Positions 26,168 to 32,000 of a stretch of DNA of 32,000 nt are shown in pieces; the first letter of the stretch is position 1; each line of letters begins with the position of its first letter. Source of the DNA: Microcystis aeruginosa NIES-843 (GTDB lineage Bacteria > Cyanobacteriota > Cyanobacteriia > Cyanobacteriales > Microcystaceae); assembly GCF_000010625.1 (NCBI RefSeq), contig NC_010296.1, forward strand, positions 5,010,001 to 5,042,000, given 5' to 3'. The notes under the pieces are model-generated. The model was not told where the DNA came from, searched no databases, and saw nothing but the letters and a program-made list of their open reading frames with translations. The position numbers and the translations under genes are program-made.

Positions 26168-29100
26168 TCAATCACAAAGATGGCGATCATTTTCACTCAC
26201 ATTGGGATTTGCCCTTAGATAATCATGCACCCAATTACAACCGTACATCAATGGATTAAGGGTAAGAACCTGCTCCTTGTTCCACAAAATGACTGTCTTG
26301 TCTTCATTTGCTGAGGCAATAGTTTGACCATCAGGACTGAAGGCTATTGACCAAAAGCGACCGCTATAGCCATTCAGAGTCGTCAATAAAGTGCCATCTG
26401 GTTTCCAAAGCTTGATCGTCTTGTCCCAGCTTGCTGAGGCAATGGTCTGACCATCGGGACTGAAGGCAACAGAGAAAACGACAGCACTATGACCTTTAAG
26501 GGTTGTCAATAAAGTACCATCCAGTTTCCAAAGCTTGATCGTGTTATCTGCACTTGCCGAGGCAATCGTCTGACCATCGGGGCTGAATGCCAATCCATAA
26601 ACTTGAGCAGTATGTCCTATAAGTGTCTTTAGGAGAACAGGCACCTGATCTGGCTTCACTCTCCAGAGTTTTACGGTATTGTCTGCACTTGTGGAGGCGA
26701 TTGTCTGACCATCGGGACTGAATGCCACTCCAAGAACCGCCGCTTGATGTCCTCTCAAGGTGGCGAGGAGTTGGGGCGTTTTTTGCCCTACATTCCAGAG
26801 CTTGACAGTATTATCCCAGGCTGCGGAGGCAACTGTCTGACCGTCGGGACTAAAGGCAACTTCCCAAACCACTGCTTGATGTCCTCTCAGGGTGGCAAGT
26901 AATCGAGGCTTCCCTCTACCTAAGTTCCAGAGCTTGACGGTATTATCTGCACTTGCGGAGGCAAGCCTCTGACCATCGGGACTGAAGGCGACTCCATAAA
27001 CCTGAGCGGTGTGTCCGCTGAGAGTTGCGAGCAGAGTGCCATCTCGCTGCCAAAGTTTGACCGTTTTGTCATCACTGGTCGAAGCAATGGTCTGACCATC
27101 GGGGCTGAATGCCACTCCAATCACTACGCCACTATGCCCTGTCAGCCTTGTTAACAAAGGGCTTTTCAGCCTCCAAAGCTTGACCGTTTTGTCATCACTG
27201 GCCGAAGCAATGGTCTGACCATCGGGGCTAAATGTTACTCCCCAAACACGATCGCTATGCCCACTGAGAGTTGCAATCAAAGTACCATCCCGCTTCCAGA
27301 GCTTAACAGTCTTGTCCCAACTACCTGAAGCGAGAGTCTGACTATCGGGGCTGAATGCTACTCCAGCAATCACTTCACTATGTCCTGTAAGGGTTGCCAG
27401 TAGAGCCGGCATTTTCCCTGTTTCTAGTTTCCAGAGTTTGATCGTTTTGTCCCAACTGGCTGAAGCCAGCATCTGACCATCAGGGCTGAACGCTACTCCG
27501 TTGACAATATCAGTGTGACCTGTGAGAGTCGTAATCAAGGTGCCATCTCGCTTCCAAAGTTTTACTGTCTTATCGTCACTCGCCGAGGCCAGTATTTGAC
27601 CGTCAGGACTAAAGGCAACTCCATTCACCACAGCAGTGTGACCTGCTAGAGTTGCAATTAAAGTGCCATCCTGTTTCCAGATTTTTACCGTCTTATCATC
27701 ACTCGCTGAAGCCAGCATTTGACCATCGGGACTGAATGCCACTCCCCTCACACCATCGCGATGTCCTACAAGGGTCTTTAGCAAAACAGGTGTCTTGCCC
27801 GCTTCTAGTTTCCAGAGTTTGATGGTTTTGTCTGTACTACCCGAGGCAATCGTGTGACCATCAGGACTAAACACAGCTTGCCAAATTCGATCGCTGTGTC
27901 CGTTCAGAGTTGCAATTAGAGTACCGTCTCGCTTCCAGAGTTTGATGATTTTATCACGACCCGCTGAGACGAGTATGTTACCGTCGGGGCTGAAGGCGAC
28001 GCTTTTAACTTCGTCGCGATCCAATGACAAACGATTGTATTCAAGAACGCCATAAACTGCCTGCCGTAAGACGGAATCTACCTGAGTTTTAGTCTCAGCG
28101 TCTGTTCCTCCTGTCCTGGATAATTTTTGCCAGGCCCGAATGGCCTCAATCAACGCATCTAACTTATTATTGGAGACAAAAAGTGCTTCTGAGGACGCAG
28201 TGATGGCTTGGATCTCGCTACGCGCTGAATTCTGCCATTGCCCCCAAGCGACTCCTGCTAAGATTAAGGCCCCTAGCAAGCCACCTGTGAGTCCTGAGAT
28301 CGTTAACTTTCGCCTGCGCTTTTGGGATTTCAGGTCGCGATCGCGCAGTGCCACACTTTGCTCAATCAATTCGCGATCGCTCGAACTCAGTTCATCAGCT
28401 CGATTCAGATACCAATATTCTGCATCGGTCAGAGGTTTACCCCGCAACAATGCCCCTTCATCCTGATGGCTGCGCTCCCACTGGTAGCGGTTTGCCCGCA
28501 GTTGCTCTTGCCAGAGGCGAAACTCTCGATCGAGCTGCATCCAATTCCTGAGTCGTTTCCAGCCCCCAATTAATGCCTCGTGAACAATTTCTACGGTTTC
28601 TTCTCCTGTAGAATCGTTGCGGTTGGTCACCACTAAGCGAGAGGAGGCTAAACGCACTACCAAGTCCCAGTTTTCGGGCTGCACGTCTTCCCGTGTAGCA
28701 GTACGCCGGCTATCGTCTGTCCCGGCACCGGGCTGCACTAATTGGATAAATACCCGTTGCGCTCGCTGTCGATCCTCTTCGTTCAGTTGAGCGTATACGA
28801 ATTCTGCGTGATTGGCCAGCGCTGCTTCTACGCCGCCAATCTGGTCATAAGCCTGATTGGTTAGCCATCCATCTCGCTGGTTTGACCACAATTGCGTGAG
28901 GGCAAATTCCAACAAGGGCAAACGCCCTGGCTGCTCATTCATGGCATGGATCAGCTTCTGGATTAACCCATCCTCTAATTTCACTTGCATTTGGGCGGCG
29001 GGCTTGGCAATCGCGGCTGGCAATTCTTCCCGGTTCATCGGCCCCAAAACCTGAATGGCACCTTGCAAGGCATCACTCAAGGGGCGGTAAGCCAGGGCAT

Positions 29101-30919
29101 AGCCGCAAAAGTCTGCTCGTAGGGTCAGAATCAGGGTGAACCCTGGAGCAAATTTCACGGCATTTAGTACAGTATCCAAAAAAGTCTGTCGCTCTGCCTC
29201 TGGACAAAGGGTATAGAGTTCTTCAAATTGATCGGCGATCAAAATCAGGCATATCCCTGAATTCTGCTGTTTAACCCACTCGATGAGGTGGGATAATCCC
29301 TGGTCGTCTTGCCGCAATAGCCGCTCTAGTTCTACTGCGTTAGCGAAGCTGTCGCTTTGACCTTCTGGGAGAGCATCGCCACACCCCTGTTGGGACTGAT
29401 GTAGAGAGACAAATTGAGCGATCGCAGGACACTGCGCCAACCCAGTTGCTAAGGCTTCAAACGGATTATTTCCTGGGCGGAACGAGACAATCTGTACAGA
29501 CGGCGAGCCTCGTTCCTTCATGCCGCTACTGCCTAATTCCTGACGCAAGCGCGGCACTAATCCCGCAAAGACGACGGATGATTTGCCACTGCCAGAAGCA
29601 CCAATCACCGCCACCAATGGCTTTTGTTTGACCGCCGCCAGCAGTGCCTGAGTTACCTGCTCCCGCCCAAAGAAGAACCGAGCATCTTCCTCCCGAAAGG
29701 CAAATAGACCGCGATAGGGACAGGTTGGCGTTCCTCCAAGCTGAATCCAAGTGGGAGGTTCAACGGCTAGATTTTGGCAAATCACGGGCAACCAAGACGC
29801 TGCTGGAAAATCATCTTCTAATCCTTGGAGCTTTCGACGCGCTTGCTGAACGGCAAGATAAAGCGGCAATTGCTCGATCGCAAATGCTGTCAGAAACTGC
29901 TGAAAGAACTCTTGTGCCACCCGATTGGGAATCGGTTCGCGCATGACAATCACTGTGGGAATGTGTAGTTTCTCCAGTGCTTGTGCCAAGCCTAATCCAT
30001 CACAAGAATTAAAAATAGCCAGCGTTAAACCCTTCTCGAGCGCGGTTTTCAGTGCCTCTTCTAACTGTGATATCGTCAAACTATTGTGGGTTGAATTCTC
30101 ATTAATATATATTCGACCCGTTTGTCCCTGGGTTTGACTGTGACCGGCAAAAAACAGGATATCCCACCCTTCAGGCTGCCATAATTGAGTATTGAACTCC
30201 TGGCGTGAGGGGTTGGCCAGGAACTTAACTGACCCATCCTGCAACCGCTGAAGTAAGCGGGTTTCTGTGGCTAAATCAATGCCAGAGCTATTGCCTAAGA
30301 CTGCTAAAATCCTGACTTTCTGGTCAGTTTTTGCTGACTTCAGAACATTTCGATAGTGGTACTCTGGTTGACTCAACGCCATTTCCGCTTGGGGATAATC
30401 CTCAAAGAAATGCCAGCGATGCCAGGGAAGAGAGCGCAATTCCAGATCGTTAGTTTCAATCATGACTCGGATGGGAGCGGATGAGTCGAGTCGCGATCGC
30501 AGTTGCAGTTCAATGGGGAGAAAACCCTCTGATTTCAGCCAAGTATTGATGCTTGCCTGTAGCTGCTGGCACAACTCATCAAAACTGACCTGAGAAATAT
30601 TGGTAATGCCTGCTTCACTGATTTCTAGTTCACCAACTTCTACGAGAGAAGCTGAAGATAGATGTCCTGGTTGGGATATTATGGGATGGCGTTGTCCGCC
30701 CGTAATGCGTTCAGTTTCGCTGCGCCCAAGGCGATCGCATAGTCCCCGATAAACAAGCTGCCAATTCCGATACAGTTCCCCTAAAGCGGGTGCGGCGGGC
30801 AACGTGCCGATAAATTGCTCTGGCCTCGGATTGCCGTCCGTCCATAATTGAACGGTAACTCGCGGAAATCCCTGATACAAATTCCCACTGCCTAGATTAA
30901 TAATCACTGACTTGTTCAT
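26168..30919 (-). CDS. CHAT (caspase-like) protease - STAND P-loop NTPase - single TM helix - 14x WD40 protein (NLR/Apaf-1-like architecture)
   Basis: The N-terminal ~390 aa have a CHAT-type His/Cys dyad context (ILFFAGHS ... LAIFNSCDG). Then come CPYRGLFAFREEDARFFFGRE, Walker A GASGSGKSS and Walker B-like LILIADQFEELYT, followed by a helical region. KRRRK precedes the hydrophobic LTISGLTGGLLGALILAGVAWGQW, which is followed by 14 WD40 blades (xAFSPDGQxxASxSxDKTxKLW). Confidence 0.85.
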   Translation of the reverse strand: MNKSVIINLGSGNLYQGFPRVTVQLWTDGNPRPEQFIGTLPAAPALGELYRNWQLVYRGLCDRLGRSETERITGGQRHPIISQPGHLSSASLVEVGELEISEAGITNISQVSFDELCQQLQASINTWLKSEGFLPIELQLRSRLDSSAPIRVMIETNDLELRSLPWHRWHFFEDYPQAEMALSQPEYHYRNVLKSAKTDQKVRILAVLGNSSGIDLATETRLLQRLQDGSVKFLANPSRQEFNTQLWQPEGWDILFFAGHSQTQGQTGRIYINENSTHNSLTISQLEEALKTALEKGLTLAIFNSCDGLGLAQALEKLHIPTVIVMREPIPNRVAQEFFQQFLTAFAIEQLPLYLAVQQARRKLQGLEDDFPAASWLPVICQNLAVEPPTWIQLGGTPTCPYRGLFAFREEDARFFFGREQVTQALLAAVKQKPLVAVIGASGSGKSSVVFAGLVPRLRQELGSSGMKERGSPSVQIVSFRPGNNPFEALATGLAQCPAIAQFVSLHQSQQGCGDALPEGQSDSFANAVELERLLRQDDQGLSHLIEWVKQQNSGICLILIADQFEELYTLCPEAERQTFLDTVLNAVKFAPGFTLILTLRADFCGYALAYRPLSDALQGAIQVLGPMNREELPAAIAKPAAQMQVKLEDGLIQKLIHAMNEQPGRLPLLEFALTQLWSNQRDGWLTNQAYDQIGGVEAALANHAEFVYAQLNEEDRQRAQRVFIQLVQPGAGTDDSRRTATREDVQPENWDLVVRLASSRLVVTNRNDSTGEETVEIVHEALIGGWKRLRNWMQLDREFRLWQEQLRANRYQWERSHQDEGALLRGKPLTDAEYWYLNRADELSSSDRELIEQSVALRDRDLKSQKRRRKLTISGLTGGLLGALILAGVAWGQWQNSARSEIQAITASSEALFVSNNKLDALIEAIRAWQKLSRTGGTDAETKTQVDSVLRQAVYGVLEYNRLSLDRDEVKSVAFSPDGNILVSAGRDKIIKLWKRDGTLIATLNGHSDRIWQAVFSPDGHTIASGSTDKTIKLWKLEAGKTPVLLKTLVGHRDGVRGVAFSPDGQMLASASDDKTVKIWKQDGTLIATLAGHTAVVNGVAFSPDGQILASASDDKTVKLWKRDGTLITTLTGHTDIVNGVAFSPDGQMLASASWDKTIKLWKLETGKMPALLATLTGHSEVIAGVAFSPDSQTLASGSWDKTVKLWKRDGTLIATLSGHSDRVWGVTFSPDGQTIASASDDKTVKLWRLKSPLLTRLTGHSGVVIGVAFSPDGQTIASTSDDKTVKLWQRDGTLLATLSGHTAQVYGVAFSPDGQRLASASADNTVKLWNLGRGKPRLLATLRGHQAVVWEVAFSPDGQTVASAAWDNTVKLWNVGQKTPQLLATLRGHQAAVLGVAFSPDGQTIASTSADNTVKLWRVKPDQVPVLLKTLIGHTAQVYGLAFSPDGQTIASASADNTIKLWKLDGTLLTTLKGHSAVVFSVAFSPDGQTIASASWDKTIKLWKPDGTLLTTLNGYSGRFWSIAFSPDGQTIASANEDKTVILWNKEQVLTLNPLMYGCNWVHDYLRANPNVSENDRHLCD
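26279..28015 (-). repeat. Array of 14 WD40-coding repeats (about 123-138 bp units) with high unit-to-unit identity
   Basis: The DNA motif GGTCTGACCATCGGG(A/G)CTGAA(G/T)GC recurs about every 126-135 bp on the + strand. Protein blades share GVAFSPDGQTIASASxDKTVKLW. Confidence 0.9.
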
Positions 30920-31520
30920 TTCAGGTAGTAAGGTAAGTTGGCTCTTCGTTACTTGTTATGGTTCGATAGGGGGGCATAAATCGACTAAATCCTTATCTGG
31001 CAAGAGACTTAATTGATTAGTTCGCTCTAGAGCAAAAACAATTGACAAAAATCGCTAAATGCCTTTCTATATAAGGGTTCCATCCCTTATAACCCCCGTC
31101 CATTGCATAACACAAACCGAAGAGCCGGTAAGTTTTGCCATCGGCGCATAATATAGATGTCAGCCCTTTCATCTTAATACAGGAAAACGGAAGAAAACTG
31201 GAGAATGCTTTAAATTTGGGAAGGGGGGGATGCGATACGCCCTGACAGCAAGGCTTTTCAGCTATCAGGAGAGTAAAGCTTTTCTCAAAATGTATCAGTG
31301 CGATACATCTTGTCCACAAAACCCAAGAGAGCCATCCAGAATTTAGAACCGTAAGTGTATAGGTTGATTTTGCTCACAACTACTAACGAGTGTAACGGTT
31401 CGCAGTCGTATGAGGTACATTATCACGGACTACAAACCAGTCTAAGCAAGGCTTTGCCTGTATCTCACTCAATTGCGTATCGCTATAACTGAATCGAGAT
31501 CTAACAAAAGGAGAAATTAC

Positions 31521-32000
31521 ATGGCAGAATTAAGTTTGACCGCCCTTCAAGATACCGTGATCAAGCGATTTACTATCGATAGCACGGATATTGACAATCC
31601 AGGAGAAAAGTTTGATTTAGAAAAAGGCGAAAAAATTGGTATCAACTGGTATCGACCAGCTTCCAAGAATCATTGGGAATTTGAACTCAAATCTCCCCAC
31701 GGAGGCTTTTTCAATTGGTACGTTTTCCAGCCGCACGTTCAGATTAACGATCCCACGCCTGGACATACTGAAGCTTCAGGAAGCAAACAAGTCATGGCTT
31801 TCTTAGATGCCATTGCTTGGCCAGAAGGGACAGATAAGAGCGTTGGAGATGGTGTAAGGACAGGATACAATATCATGTTCACTGGCCAGACATTTTCTAG
31901 TTATGCGGATCATCCCCGTAAGGTTATATGTTCAGGAGGATTATGCTCGACAGCAGCAGGGCGATATCAATTTCTGAACACAACTTGGGATGGAGTTGCC
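31521..32000 (+). CDS. Lambda-R-like lytic transglycosylase (GH104 lysozyme family) with an unrecognised ~95-aa N-terminal domain; 3' end beyond the window
   Basis: ATG 31521 has AAAGGAG 8 nt upstream and the frame stays open to the window end (160 codons). QVMAFLDAIAWPEGTD ... GYNIMFTGQTFSSYADHPRK ... STAAGRYQFLNTTW parallels phage lambda R (AFLDMLAWSEGTD ... FTDYSDHPRK ... STGAGRYQLL), including the catalytic Glu. Confidence 0.8.
   Translation, partial: MAELSLTALQDTVIKRFTIDSTDIDNPGEKFDLEKGEKIGINWYRPASKNHWEFELKSPHGGFFNWYVFQPHVQINDPTPGHTEASGSKQVMAFLDAIAWPEGTDKSVGDGVRTGYNIMFTGQTFSSYADHPRKVICSGGLCSTAAGRYQFLNTTWDGVA

Noticed and set aside
25935-26259. Small ORFs 25935..26171 (-) and 26062..26259 (+) at the convergent junction of the GMC and STAND genes
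   Set aside because: Both overlap the ends of well-supported long CDSs in other frames or strands and have no independent support.
31017-31319. 100-aa minus-strand ORF in the long divergent intergenic region
   Set aside because: I recognise no motif and it has no Shine-Dalgarno. Its composition is odd, Cys/Phe-rich. It is kept only as a reason to examine the region for regulatory RNA.

Overview
Cyanobacterial chromosome segment. Evidence for the assignment: a split rpoC (rpoC2 is present), frequent HIP1 GCGATCGC palindromes, and Microcystis/Synechocystis-like intergenic repeat families. Roughly 1-19 kb is core genome: rpsT, a TatD-family hydrolase, rpoB followed directly by rpoC2 (no rpoC1 between them), tRNA-Pro(UGG), a GNAT acetyltransferase and tRNA-Ser(UGA). 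It continues with a three-gene export cluster (parvulin-type PPIase, an ABC exporter whose N-terminal cNMP-binding-like and C39-like domains both look degenerate, and a HlyD adaptor), then hisA and a LuxR-solo regulator overlapping a PD40 lipoprotein gene. From about 19.0 kb the window becomes accessory. It holds MITEs flanked by 6-bp TANNTA direct repeats, an IS30 transposase pseudogene, and an intact tnpA-less TnpB element abutting a ThDP-enzyme gene remnant. Next comes an AT-richer two-gene sugar cassette: a GH13 enzyme plus a pyranose-oxidase-like GMC flavoprotein fused to a DUF1080 / 3-keto-disaccharide-hydrolase-like domain. After that lie a 1583-aa CHAT protease - STAND NTPase - TM helix - 14xWD40 protein and a partial lambda-R-like lytic transglycosylase. 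The best candidates for undescribed biology are (i) the membrane-spanning caspase-like/STAND/WD40 NLR-type protein with highly self-similar WD40 blades, and (ii) the GMC-oxidase::DUF1080 fusion next to GH13, a possible single-polypeptide oxidative glycoside-cleavage route. All homology calls come from reading the translations by eye; no database search was run.
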